Of a stretch of DNA of 64,000 nucleotides, positions 1-13,921 are shown piece by piece. The DNA is from Asterias rubens. Its lineage: Eukaryota. The DNA lies in the NCBI RefSeq assembly GCF_902459465.1, contig NC_047069.1, forward strand, positions 8,494,001-8,558,000, written 5' to 3'. Within the stretch, counting starts at the first letter, position 1; each line of letters starts with the position of its first letter. The notes below the pieces were generated by a model. It had not been told where the DNA came from. It did not search any database and saw only the letters and a program-made list of their open reading frames with translations. A program made the translations under genes and the position numbers.

Positions 1-3000
1 AATTTCCGTGTCATGGTTTTGGCATTACTCGCTTGACACAATTCTGGTCATTGGTTGGTAGCGTTTAATTTCCATCCTCATTCAATAACTCGATTTGCAA
101 TTTCCCTTGCGGCTTTTGGCGCTTACTTATTTCTATACCCTGAATTTCGCGTACCTGCAAACTAGAAATCAGTCGGGAAAACTATTTTTTTTTTCTTGAA
201 CGGGTCGATCGAGATTTTGAATTTAAAAAGGGGTCAGCCTAATCCACACGTCCTACAGTCAGTTATAGTTCCCACTCTCTTTTTCATACGTCTTAAATGC
301 CAGGGCTTTACAATGATCCCTGTCTAAGATAAACAGTTTCAAATGACAGCAAAAGTCCGTTATTTCCAAGTAATTGTCTATTTGAAGAGCAAGTTTGGAG
401 GGAAATTTGCATACGAGCTGCTCATATACCATACAAGAAAACATTGTACTATTTGCAGGTTCACCTATCTTAAAATTGTCTTTCGTCAACATGTCCGCAA
501 GGGAGCTCTGCAAATAAAGCAGAATACAGTTGCTTCTTTCTCATTGGTTTATAAAAGCAAAAGAAGAAACAAACAAAAATACTCGAAGGTACAATCATCG
601 GCACTTCCCATTCCACTATCATCTGTATCTCAAGTGAGCATGCTGGATCGTTACTATCAACTGACAAAGATCTATAACATACAAGGGTTCAGCAAAAACC
701 ATCAGTGGAGAGTGATGTGGGAATATACGTGTCCCGATAACATCAGTGACGATCAGTGCTCGCCCTCGGTCCTGGAATTGACTTGTCCTTTGGTGATACG
801 AAATCGGCATCTTGTAAAGTTCACGTGTCATAAGATTATCCTTTAGGGGCCTAAGTGCAGCTTAAAATACACATGTTCGTGATAAAAGGCTGCAATTTTA
901 CCGGTTTATGTAATTATGAAGATTATGTTTTTCCTTCGCACGCTCCACTCGTCAACTCGTAAGCAAATGAAACACAAGGCCTATTATGGACTATGTTAGA
1001 AGTTTTAGCATATTGGTGTTTTGCTAAACGTGAAAAAAAAAAAATAAGTGAGGGAATTACATCATTTTAACCCAAATGACGTTTTCTCATCAGCCTTTTG
1101 TCTCTCGGGAAAGGTCAAAAAGGAGCCAGCTGAGATTGGGATTACAGACTAGAAAGTGATACCAGGCGTAAAATCTCACAACAACGATTAGAATCTGTCA
1201 CTCCAATTAAAAAGGCTCACACGGTCAATGTACTAGAAGTTGTGTAACAAAGAACAAGTTCGATGAAAACTGATTGCAATAAGATATTAAAAGAATATTA
1301 TCGCTGTAATATAGGGGCTTAAGCAGACATTTCCTTCAATAGCATAACCGCGAGATTTTAAAGGGACGTTGCGTTTGGCAATCTTCAAATTAATGGCAGT
1401 AAAGTTGCTTAGAAGCTCATCAACAGCTTTCGATAGTGTTTAGTGCTTTGAGAAACATTTGACAACGAACTAATGTGGTTGTAAAAACATATCAGTTTGT
1501 ATGCCCCAAAATTGAATCTGAGAAACTTTTTTGACCGCGATAACGCTTCTATACCCTGCTGCTATATTGGACTTAGCCGTTTTATGTGGACACGCCCTCC
1601 CCATTTCTCGCGTGGCTATACTGCGATGAATCAATACCCACGATGGCCTTAATATCAGGGGGGGGGGCTTGCTAAATTGCTCACGTGTAAAAAGGGGCTT
1701 TAGCAAACACTGTTATGCCAGTACCCATGTTTGTTTGTTTAATTGCTTTTCATGCGAAAGGAAAATGTTTTTTGCTGGAGTGGAGATGCATGTAAAAGGT
1801 GGCCATTTCAGTTTCTTTCGATGAGCTATATGACTACTCAAACTATCACAGTCGTAAAAACAGTTTGCTTAATAAACATTTAATAAAAAATATTTTGTAC
1901 GTTTTAAAGAAAAAAATAAGAATCTGTGATAGAATAGGCACGCAATTTTCACTAACTTCAGCAGAGTATTCTTCACTGTAAATGGTTATACAGATAAATA
2001 ATTTAATTGCTTGCACTTTGGGATAAACTTAAACTGTTTCATTATGTTCTGTTTGCGGTCATGCCATCGGCTTGTTTGAATCGTGCAACAATTAGGTTTC
2101 TTGAAGTCAATTACTTTGTTGTGCTCATTGGGCTTTTAAAGAGACTTTTACAATAGAGAAAACACCTTTAAAACATCTGCAATTAAAAGGACATTTTCAT
2201 ATACTGCATTTGCTCTGGCACAGAAGCGGTATCCCGTGGGAGCACTTCCAATAGCCGGAAATTTTATGTGAGATTAAGTCTCATAATTGTCATGATACAA
2301 GTATCATTTTTTTCTTTTTATTGGTTCAAGTGTGCTTTCCTTTGGCCCGTGTTATTTTTCCTCCCAGTGGCAGTCAATTGATTTAGGCCTACCTGTGTTT
2401 CACAAAACGTGCCCAAAGTTAGAAATGGCACGTCTATAAGCACTTACCGTACTTGTCCTGTTCTTACCTTTGTCCCCTTGAGATGGATTTAAAGAAGCAC
2501 ATTGATTTTCCGGTGAAAGTGAATCATCGTTATGGAAAACACATTGGTTTACTAAATTGTTAATTCTTTATTTGACCAGTTGCAGTTCAGGATATTTTCC
2601 TACAATTTTTCAATGGAAACGAGTATTTATAAGCGAAATGTTCAGTAATTGGATGTGAGAAGCATACACTTTTTATAACGTGCGTATAATACTGAGCCTC
2701 TAAGTTTAGGCAAAGGATTCAGCAGCTTGTAAAACTGATAATAAAATAAGAGAGATATTTACGCCTGTCAAACACCTGACGATTTCATCAAATAAAGTTA
2801 TTTTGTTGAAAGTGAAATCACTTGTGCATTGAAACCAACGATATTGACAGCAGCCTCAGGTACAGAAAGGTGTTTTGATTAGCCCCACTCACTACAATTA
2901 ACTACTTTTCTGTTGCTAACTTGGTGATAATGGTGACGTCTAGTCACGTTTAGATTACATGGTGTATGCAGGATAGCCTTGCCCATCCAGCGATTGATTG

Positions 3001-4415
3001 GTTCAGATTCGATTCATTCCATTAGTGGACTTCTCCTCTGGCCCTTTCATTGCATTTACTCTACTCCTGAGGAACCGGCTGTGAATGTTAGTCGCGAATA
3101 ATCGATGGACAAAAAGTAGAATGTAGCCTTCTGGAAATAATACTTTACTTAGTCCAGAAAAAAAAAAAAAATTCGTGGCTGGTGCAAATTCAGCCCCTAA
3201 AAAACACCTGCCCGTCCTCTCGAACAGAACATGACCTTTGCTTATCTGTAATACTACCATATGTTATCATTCGTATAAATATCTCTTGTTGATCAATTTG
3301 TTTGTTGCAATACGTGTGTCACTGACCATTGAAACAGTAGGCATGCGTGTCTTTCAAAATCATTAATTTGCACTCTGAAACATTTTGCTAAGTCACGAAA
3401 AGAGCGGAAAATTGGCTGATTCATTGAGACGTGCGTCTCAGAGTGTCTATAAATAGCGTTGTTGTCTTTTTAAAAAATAATTTTAAAAATAAGCGCTGGT
3501 TGAATCCTGACAAAGTAAAATAATCTTTATTTACTCTGAGCTGCTGCCCTGGTGTTTCGTGCACTATATTGTGTGGATCGAGGGCATCTGTATTTGAAAA
3601 AAATTTGTTTACATGTCGAAAACAAAAGTAATTTTATCATTGCTCGGATTATATAAGTTGTGTTTGTTAACGTAATAGTCATTATACGAACGGCTCCACA
3701 CCTTGAGGTAAGATATTGATCGTGTGCTTAGAATCAGTCAGTTGGAATCCAACCGTTACCATGGAAACTGTTTGCCTCCTTGAACACCTATAGAGCACGG
3801 ACTGGTATAAATATCCGTGCTTGCTTTAAGGCCCTGTCACACCATGGCGTATCGCCTGAACCTAAGCCAACGTATGCAAAGTATCGAAACAACGTTGGTG
3901 TACGCTGATATCAGTTTGGGGTAAGTTGGGGATACGTCGTTTACGTTAAAAGCACGCTGGGATACGCTGTTAAAATTTTGAACACGTCGAGCCCGCAAAA
4001 TATTTTTGAGCATGTTCAAAATGTATCGGCGTACTGAACGTGTGCTTCATACGTTCTGCATAAGTTCCCCGTAAGTTCATGGTATGTTAGACATACGTTG
4101 ACATACGTTGATATACGCTGGCATACGTTATAGGAACGTTACTCGTTGGTTGGTATACGTTGATGTACGTTGGCTACCGGAAAACGTACAGCCAATGTAC
4201 ATATTGTGTTCTACAGTACAGCTAGCGTATGTGCCGTACAGCCATCGAGCATTCAGCGTTTTATGAACTGATGGGGTGGGGTTCAGTTTAGTGGGTCCCT
4301 TGAGTAACCCGTCCTCATTTCTTTTTTTAAGTTTGCCCCTTTTCCGACGCAAACAAAAATGTGTTCCCCGTTCTCCCGCAGTAAAGTTTAAAAACCTAAC
4401 AACTGCAAAATTAAA

Positions 4416-4688
4416 AGCAACTATAAATATAAATATGAAAAGTAAACTTGCTGGTACAACCATGGGTTAAAACTCTTTTGAAGGAGTGGTGGCTCTGAAA
4501 AGAGCCGGTTTGGTCTCGACGTTTCGAACCGACTCTGCTCGTCTTCAGGAGAATGAAGACGTGCAGAGTATACTGTTCGAAACGTCGAGACCAAACCGGC
4601 TCAGTTCAGAGCCACCACTCCTTCAAAAGAGTTTTTACCCATGGTTGTACCTGCAAGTTTACTTTTCATATTTATATTTATAGTTGCT
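4416..4688. repeat. ~270-bp near-perfect palindrome made of two inverted copies of a Penelope-like retroelement terminal segment
   Basis: Left arm AGCAACTATAAATATAAATATGAAAAGTAAACTTGCTGGTACAACCATGGG... is the reverse complement of the right arm ...CCCATGGTTGTACCTGCAAGTTTACTTTTCATATTTATATTTATAGTTGCT. The centre is CGTCTTCA-GGAGAA-TGAAGACG. Confidence 0.9.
4514..4552 (-). ncRNA. Minimal type I hammerhead ribozyme motif (Penelope-like element type)
   Basis: Minus strand reads TCTC-CTGAAGA-C-GAGC(AGAGTCG)GTTC-GAAAC-GTC-GAGA. It has the CUGANGA and GAAA core, a 4-bp stem I (TCTC/GAGA), stem II (GAGC/GTTC) and a palindromic ACGT stem III with a GUC cleavage triplet. Confidence 0.65.
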
Positions 4689-7600
4689 CTTATTCTCCAC
4701 ACCATGCAAGCTTCAAACTGAAAAATTCTTCAATATACAAAAAATATCCTTTATAATCACCGAAGTAACGGGAAACAGTCAGGGTCACGGCAAATGTGAA
4801 GGGTTCATCAAAAAGGAGTTTTATTCATGTCACACTTTGCGAAGGTTTTTATTTAAAATGTGCATACAGTTTAACACATTTGATAACTCTTCATTTAGAA
4901 AAAACATCCTCCTTCATTTTAAGTTTTTTCGTTGAAACATTTCCCACCAAACGGAGCGGTTTACTGCGCGCGCTAATGAACACTCGCATTTTCTTGTGAA
5001 TTCTGAAAGGGTTCGAGGAGCGCTTTTCTGATCACGATATTGCAAAGAAACTCTTTATCTCGACTGCTATGTATACGTTCAATACGCTACGGATACGTTA
5101 TCATCTCGTTATCACAACGTTGGCTGTACGTTTCCCCTTTAGCAGACGTACACCAACGTATACCAACCTACGAGTAACGTTCATATAACGTATGTCAGCG
5201 TATGTCGACGTATGTCAACATATGCCTATCGTACCATAACATTACGGGGAACTTATGCAGAACGTATGAAGCATACGTTCAGTACGCCGATAAATTTTGA
5301 ACATGCTCAAAAATATTTGCGGGCTCGACGTGTTCAAAATTTTAACAGCGTATCCCAGCGTGCTCTTAACGTAAACGACGTATCCCCAACTTACCCCAAA
5401 CTTATATCAGCGTACACCAGCGTATTTTCGATATTTCGCATACGTTGGCTTACGTTCAGGCGATACGCCATGGTGTGACAGGGCCATCACTAATCCTCAT
5501 TTCTTCATGGTCGGTCGTGCTGAACGCACCAACCCATCAATACGTTACTCATACGCTTGCATACGCTGCGTTATGCTGTCATAACTTTGTTATTTAGTTA
5601 CGTGAAACGCTATCAATGCGTTAGTCACACGCTATGTATACGTTCAATACGCTATGGATACGCTATGGATACGTCCTTTCCAACACCGATGTCGACATTT
5701 TCGATGCAATTCGTTGGGAAGTTGGACGTTCTTGGACCTTGAAAACTGTTGTAACTATTTTGTGCATACGTTGGCATACGTTCAGGCGATACGCCATGGT
5801 ATGACAGGGCCTTTAGATAAGACTCCTACTCTGCAAAAGGGGGTTTCCACAATCGCTTTATGTCGAATGAAATTTGTTATTTTGCATGGGTTGGGGAATG
5901 ATAAACAACATGAGTCATAGTTCAAATCAATGATATTCCCTCTCCCTTCGACAGTTAAAAAGGCTGGGTTGCGAAACACTGCTCCATTTTCTTTTCTTTG
6001 TTTTCTTTTCTTTTTTTTGTTTTTTGTTTGGGGTGGGGGGGAGGGGGAGTTATCTGAGGCAATGATACTAAACAACACTTAAATACGAAACCTACACACG
6101 AAAACAAACACAAAGGTTTGCTTTTACATAGCACCAGCATTCTCTTTTGTTTCAAAAGGTGGTGTTAATCCATGCCCAACAAACTATTAGTGCACGAAAA
6201 TAAACGAATATCCAGATCCCGTTTATAGGATAACTGATAAAAACCGAATTAACAACAGTTCATTAAAATAACTATTTCTATCCATTTGCAAAATTGATTC
6301 AAACAATTGATATTATTCAATTATTTGTTTTGCCAAAATATAAACATCTAAACAGTTTTAGAGTAATTTATTATATTTTTCATTATATTATTATAATTTT
6401 GTAGGGTATTGTATCATTGTGATGTTGAGAAGGAGACAAATTGTGCGAACCTGAAGCTCTCAATGATCAGATATATTTTGTGGGTCAAGGTTATTCTCGT
6501 GCAACTTGCTTGGAACTGTTATAAATACAATCAACCCAGCAAAATACTTCTTGCAGTCAGCAATGTCTATAATTATCATAGAGCGAGGTTGGGGAACAAA
6601 CAGTGAATTTATTGCGATAGATGTCTCTGAGCAGGTTCTACAAATGTTAAAGTTGTCAATGCTTATGTCGGCACGCCTAAAGTGTATATCGGCGCCACGC
6701 TGATGAGTTTTTATTGGAACATATGCAGCTTCAAGCAACGGATATTTCCCTGGTCGGATGTACCAAGATGTCCTTCCTGTTAGCAACATTTCTTAAGGTG
6801 TTTTATATTGCTCATAAATCCTTTATCGGAAATGTTGTTTGTATCTCTACGGTGGATTGGTTTGTAATTTTCAAACAGCGTGCTAGGGTCTTTGAAGGAC
6901 AATAAATTACAAAACCATGATACTATTTTTATTTCAGCTTTAAAACCTTTGTGTGGGTCCCAATCTCACGAGGCACTGTCTTTTCAAAATTATCGCGGCT
7001 TAAGATACAATACGAAAGAGTAGGCGGGTGGTTCTCGAAAATAAAGTGTGCAATATACGCTTATATGAAGAGCTATAAACAAACAAGCGTTTTTCATGCG
7101 CTTTCCAGCAGCCATGGGCAGCGCTTTATTGTCAATTCTCTAGAGGACCTCGTCCATTATTTCTGTTCATCGTTTTTCCTCACATCCGTCTACAAATAAG
7201 ACCTAGTTATTCGACGTGCATGCAGGTGTGTCCCAATTAAACCACTCTTCGTTTGTCTCGACTCTTGAAAACGCAGGCATTTTGAAGCCAACCTTATGAA
7301 ACATTTCACTGACGAGCTTTTTTAATATAACTCTCAAGGTCTTAAAGCTTACTTTAGTGCAATTAGAGACGTTATGTAAGATACAACTTCTATTCTTAGT
7401 ATAACTATTTCTTTTAAATAGCTGGCCTCATCCTGAAATCAATCACTTTGCTCATTATAGTTTCGGTAAACTATCACAAACACACAACATATTTTTTTGA
7501 CAGGCTATATTAGCCTGCTTTTATCGTAAAAATAAATTCAGAGTGCATTCCGTTATCAAAATAGTTCTGAAGTTGTATCCATCCTAATGGGTCCATTTAA

Positions 7601-10550
7601 ACGGTCCACCTCTCGAATGATCGACTGAACATACGTTTTTGTTCCCTGTGCGTCATAAAAAGGAGGTCCTACATAAGTAAGGTTATTACAGCGTCTTAGG
7701 TGATACAGTGATCTATTTTCGAACGTTGTTTTAAGAAACAGTAGGCTAAAATTGTCCTCAAGGTGACCTATATAGGGCATAAAATAGCTAAGATACAAAT
7801 ATTGGCCACTGAAATGTCAAAATGAAAACCGTACTTATAACGTTTTGCTAAGCCGAGAAAAAAAGTCAATCAAAGTGTTCAAACCCTTGATCCTAAAACG
7901 TGCGTTGACTCTTTTATACTCATCTTAGAATCATACTTCCATTTAATTGTTGGAATTTTATATAACCGCACCATTTATTTTACAATTCAAACGAGTTTAA
8001 AAAAATCCTTATATTAATGCAAATGTCAGGCTATTATATAATAGGCATACATCAAAAAATGTGGTCAGAATGTACAGAAAGTAAGGTTGGGGCCACTTTG
8101 TTTATGCGTCACCGATTTATTAGATAAATGTCACACCTTAGTTATGTTCGTGTGGCAAGAGAAGTGTAAACAAATCTGACAAAGCAAGTCCATGTAATCA
8201 GTCATGAAGCACTGAGCTCTCTGGGTCGGCGCAACAAGGCGTAAGATTGAAATTGGTTGCGCTAGCCTTATCGTTGAGATATGAGGATATCGTGTTGAAA
8301 TTATGTCAAGCGTAACTATCACATTCGCAGTGTGAAGCGGATTTGCAGGCAGGTATTGTCAGGGGAAATATTTAAACGTCTTGCATGCATTGCGTCTTAA
8401 TCAAATTATCTTTGAATGGAATTTAAGTTTAAGGAGCACTGAACTAATGAAAGTTCTTAATAAATTGTTTCCAGTTAATTTTATGTCATATTATGTAAAT
8501 ATATATAAGGCATGGCCGATTATAGGCCAACAACAGTTCATGCAAAAGTTGGGTGATACAGTTCACTATCCAATTGTCACCCTTCCCTGTTACTTTATGG
8601 TTTATCTTATATCAAGTTAGTTATAGCGAAACTCAAGTGACAAAGCATCCCGTGTAATCGAACACAATTTTGGATGTTTTTCTATGCATATAGTTTCCAT
8701 ACGCTCTACCAGCCCCCTCCCCTATTGTCTATAAACACACACCTCCTCAAGCAGGTATCATTGCAATCCTAAAAATACAGAGTGCTTCCGTGTAATGAAT
8801 CCAAGCATTTTCAACAATTTTATTGATTCTCCAACGGCCATTGTCACTCAAATTGATCAGTGTCTCGAACGGTTTGCCTTTGGGTTGTAACTTCAGAACA
8901 ATTTCACCCTCAAAGGCTGCCATTTTATAAAAAGGGTCTTTGTAAAAACAAACACATTATTTTGCGCTGTGACTATAGGTTTCATGTTAAAGGCGCCCTC
9001 TTTGGTTATACAAATATTCACCCCTAAAATAAATCTCATTAGGGTATCAAGCATTTTTAGAAACATTTTACTTGAATAAATGTGTTAATGTAAGATCTGT
9101 TTTCATCATGCCCCAAAATTTGATTCTCTACAGCACCGCGTAACGCTTCTCAAGTTGTGATTTGCCATTGGGGATTAGTCTTCCTGAGTGCGGACCATTC
9201 ATTCTGGATTTTCGGCGATATCTCAAATACACGGTATTACGTGACCATTGTAATTTTGAGAAACCAGATCACCATCAAAACACGGAGTACAGAAGATCCC
9301 AAGTGCTCCCTTCGGTTGGGCAGTTTGAGTCTTGAGTGAACTCTCTGTCGCGATTGTCGTCAATCCTGATGAAGTCACTTGATTCTTTCTTTCACTGCGA
9401 TATTATGCTAACCCTTTTGCTGAACGTAAGAAACTAGCCTGTGCGCGTCCTTTTCCCCGATTTTTGAAGTACATCTTGGCCCCTTCCATTTGATCAAGAA
9501 AAACAAATTAATTCAGCCGAGGGATCAAATTTACTGAACATGTTTTACCGCCGCGTCATCCTTGTCCTCATCTCGTGAACTCGTGATTTCTTTTTTTAAC
9601 ACAACCTTGTCAGTACCCGAAAGTAATTTAAAAATTTCGGCCACCGTCTTGTGTGTGCTTCCGCATGATGTTATTCTATTACCGGTACTACTTTATCTTT
9701 ACAAGAGGCACATTTTCTATATATGGAGAGTGCACACTGCCTGTAAACTTCAATATCTTCTCAGTAATCAGTAATATGATGTAAGGGACAGAGCAACAGC
9801 AATTTCAACCCTTGGTAAGGGAACACCCCATATAAACATCTCTGAAAGTGGTGTGGATTTTGAATTTCATCGTGATCTGTGTTCCCCTTTCTTTTGTATG
9901 TTTTTTATTTATTTTTAGCGTAATCAGACTGCTTTATTGACTATCAAAGCAAGTGTGTTGGCAAGCCAATTACACACTCTCTTGGTTCAAACTTCACATC
10001 ATCCAAACTCCCATGTACTGTACTTTGAGAACGGGTGAACCGGTGAAGGTGAAAAGGAAAATCAAAGTCATATCTGTTTGCCGTTTAATTTTAACAAAGT
10101 CAGAAAGTCCCTCCAATGCATTGAATAAAAAAACCTGCACATAAAAAGTGTTGTAAACTTTAAATAAAATATGTACATGCACCATAGTCCAGTGTTCCAT
10201 TGGTGAGAAAAGTAACACGTGTGAAATTAAAAGAAAATCAAGCCGCACGTTTCATGGAGTAAGATTTAAAACACAGCCTTACCGTATCAACTGTCAAGAC
10301 GTCATATTTTGAGTGCGTTGCCTCCATTAGCTATCGATTGAAACCAAACGTTAATATATCTCTAATCAAAGCGAGCGCGACATAAAGGTGCAGCGAATGT
10401 TTGCAGTGTCCTCATCTGTGCTTCCCTTTATATCGTTGGCAACAAGAGTGCGATGACGACTTAGCTGACTGTTCGATGACCCTCTTCCGATAGTCATCTC
10501 TCCTGTTTTTGTCTTCTCGGGTCGTAAACCAGGTCTGCGTAAACATTATT

Positions 10551-10932
10551 TTGAAGGCACTGGACACCTTTGGTATAACTATCAAAGGTCATTATTTTAA
10601 CTTGTATCTCTACAAATGCATACAAAATAGAAAAACTGTACCATGAAAATTGACTCAGTTTGTACATCGAACAAGAGAATAGTGAAAGAGGAAAAACAGC
10701 TTGGTGCACAAAATGTGGGTGCTTTCAGATGCCTATACTAAAGGCTTCAGGCCAAAATTATTTTAACACTTTGAGAGACGTTACCTCTTTCTCAAAAACC
10801 ACGTTACTTCAGAGGGAGCCGTTTCTCACAATTCGTATCACTATATCAACAACTCTTTAATTGTTCATTGCCAAGTGAGTTTTTATGCTTTTGATATTTT
10901 TAGTAATTACCAATAGAGTCCAGTTCCTTTAA
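10551..10932. mobile_element. TTAA-type (Kolobok-like) MITE, family A
   Basis: TTGA|AGGCACTGGACAC ... GAGTCCAGTTCCT|TTAA. Internal sequence is shared with the other family A copies (CAGAGGGAGCCGTTTCTCACAA). Confidence 0.75.
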
Positions 10933-13921
10933 AGTTTGGTTAGAGGCCACTATATATACCAATTAATTATTATTTCAAATCTTTTACCCTAATCCTTGAT
11001 TTAGAATGCACATACATGCAGTAGCTTAAACGGGTTTGGTGAGGGTATTCTGGGGATATATCCAATGGAACTTCCCCGAAGAGCTAAAAGACAGGGATAG
11101 GGGCACTTCTTAACCTCGGTAATGCCAGTGACCTGGGGAAAATAGTTAATCACAGCAATGTGTAGTCATGAACGTGGAAATTTCTTTTTAGCTATCCGCT
11201 TGAGGCTATTGGGGTAAGGCGATGACTGTCCTGATTAAGATAACAATTATCGACGCTGGAAATTGATCATGGGGTGGTCGTTCAAGGGGTATTAGATTTG
11301 TTCAGATGTAATTTCGGACAGTCAGGCGTAACGTCGTTGATATTTCGTTTTTAGACAGCCGTTTCCTGATACACCGCTCAATCTATATCAAATTTGATTT
11401 GCCTGATTGCATTGGGGGCGCTGACATATTGTGAGTGTAATCATTCATCTGAGAGTCTGAAGAATGTTTTTTGTGTAGATACACATAACGTATGTGCATA
11501 TCAAGGCACAATTTGTACTTTGTTTCCAATTCCTAACTTGATTATAGAGAGTCGTGTTTGTTTACCTCCATAGGGTCAGATTCGACCCGGATCTGGGACC
11601 CGTCATGCCTGAGCCATTCCTGGGTAGTCTAACCCATTGTACACAATTTCCCGGACAGTTACTTACTTAGGGGGCTTATTATTTATTTAATCAACATTTT
11701 TGATCAGGATAAAAATATCAGCCGAAGCTGTTTTACAATGTGAAGCTGTAAACCTACATGTAAAAAAAAAAACAGAACAAAAACAGCAAATTAATGGAAA
11801 GGACAAGATGAATAAAAGGTACAACAGTTTTTTAAATTAACATTTTAAAAATGTCATTTGAGGAGGAATTTATAACAGAAGAAGGAATATTATTCGAGTT
11901 GAAATCCCATTTTTAAATCACATTCCGAGCCAGCTTATCCTGGGTCAAGCAGTCGCCCTTCGGATCGGGAATCGGGTTCATTTCTGACCCGGGAGCCGTG
12001 TAAAGTTCATCTGAACAGGTTTTTGGGAATTGCGTATTCACATTATTGAGCAGTGAGCCGACACATCTGTAAACGTGTCACTCCCTGTGTCTCGGAAAAG
12101 CTTTTTCTTTATTTGGGAATAACCATCCACCGGGACTGTCCTTGGCCTGATGGTTAAATCTGTATCAAATTTGGTTAGCCTAGTCGTTTTTCATCCACGA
12201 CGCGCAGTAGCAATTAGCGCCAGCCATAAATTGTGAGGTATAATGCACAAATTATACCATGCATTGGAGTGTATTACATATCAAAGAGGATTGTAATATA
12301 ACTGATCCTTCGATATAGCTTAATATCCAATGTGAATCTCTGTTTTGTTAAAATATAGGAGCTATATGTCTCTGCAAGCCCGCCGTTATATGTAAATCGG
12401 AGACTTAGGAATCTGATTATATTGTAGAACGAAAGTCACTTCTTTGACCTACACTAAGACGTGTATGCTTTGAGGGGATTGGCCCCTGTATTTAAAGTCT
12501 TCAATGGGGAGCTGAATGATTTAAGTAGATCTGCCGACTGTAAAGATAGTTTAATATTTTAGAACATTGCCTTGCTATCTTTTTAATATTTGTTTCATAT
12601 TAGTAATTATTGTATTGGTTTACATCATCGGTTTATTATTACACACTGTCGAAATCGAAGTAGGTAATTTAATAAGATTTACTTATGCATTATCACTCTA
12701 AAAGCACTAAGCACTGCGATGCGAAATATCCTATTGACAGGCCTTCGCTATCATGCGGCAATCTATTGTGGTAGAACCAAGATGCGGTCGATCGGCGCGT
12801 GTCTCCCTTAGAGAAGAGGTTTTGTCCCTATTTTTTGTCATCACCTCTAAAAACAAAAATCATATATGTGTGGTGGTTCATGTATAAAAAAAATTAAATA
12901 TTCGAAAGCATTCTCATTAGAACCTTGTGCGTCGAAATTCGTCCATAGAAAACTTCTTCCATCAAATCAGAAAACATGTACTTTTCGAAGAAGTACATCA
13001 TGTTTCCGTCTGCGTCTTAGAATGTCAAAGGCAGATAGTATTGTCACCTCGACTTCTTTAAACTAATAACAAATGTTGATATGGCGCCTGACAAGTTTGA
13101 TATCACAGTGTCTATTCTCAAATACCAGCTCACGAGTGGAGCGTTTTCTCAGTCGGTGGAGTAATGACTGCTTTACATGAAATTAGGTTACGTGCCAAGC
13201 ACTTCAAGGATTTTTGATACCGTGTCGATAGTACATTCAGTGTACATCCTCGAGCATTGCGGGATTTTCGACAGGAAACACATGCACGTCATAATGCCGG
13301 TCGTGATCTTCAAGTTACTGCGTTACTAGTCGTGTTCTATTTGGTAATGTTTGTATATGCTCTGAGATTTATGCCTCTAGCATACTTGCTCATTTTTGGT
13401 TGTGTCTGATCTATTCTGCGACACGTTTCTGTATGTTCTGAGTAGCGTCCACTTGGGCTAACCAATGGCAACGTATAAGCCCCATATAGTGATCAGAAAC
13501 AATACTTATGGAGGAGCCAACCGAACATGATGTGTGTTGATTACCCTGAGCACAGTATCTGACGATACGAGGCTGTACCATCCTGTTTTTGTTTATATTT
13601 AATAGAAAGACATTATATTTTATATTTAAGAAAGACAATTTTTTAAGAAAGTTAGTTTATGTAAAATTTAACTGAATACATACATTTATCAAATATTAAA
13701 CTAGATACTCGAAACGAGACTCAGTATAGGCTGTCTGGCGATTTGTTTTTATGAATAAAGGATGCAGCTATCTTTTTCAAGTATTGTTTTCCCAGAAAAT
13801 TAGCTAGGAGTGGGTAATGATGAAATATTTTGTTTCAACATTTTGGTGCCTCAGACGGGAAATGCCAATCCGTTGTTTCATATTCCATTCCCATATTAAA
13901 CCATTGTCATATTTGAGATGC

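Larger units (their letters stand above)
3826..5815. mobile_element. Composite non-autonomous DNA element with ~366-bp inverted arms (3830-4195 / 5120-5485) and a second right end at 5764-5811
   Basis: Begins TTAA|GGCCCTGTCACACCATGGCGTATCGCCTGAAC. The reverse complement ends at 5485 (CGATACGCCATGGTGTGACAGGGCC) and again at 5811 (ATGACAGGGCC|TTTA). The near-identical ORF-track entries 3837-4019(-) and 5212-5478(+) are the two arms. Confidence 0.8.

Noticed and set aside
127-667. Possible small minus-strand exons (154-127 with a GTAAGC donor, and ~660-585)
   Set aside because: Phases can be made to fit, but the peptide is unrecognisable and the gene would run off the window edge. Not supportable.
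343-846. 167-aa plus-strand ORF
   Set aside because: No recognisable domain, low-complexity K/N stretch from A-rich DNA, and overlapping ORFs in several frames. Treated as a chance ORF.
3837-5478. Two near-identical ORFs (…LRARRVQNFNSVSQRA…)
   Set aside because: They are the two arms of the inverted repeat, not duplicated genes.
6506-6703. Methyltransferase-like look (IIERGWGT…FIAIDVSEQVLQML)
   Set aside because: Motifs I and II are directly adjacent, without the ~12-15-residue spacer, and no further domain sequence follows.
10940-12560. GC-richer stretch suspected to be a retroelement remnant
   Set aside because: The frames I translated by hand showed frequent stops and no RT, endonuclease or integrase motif.
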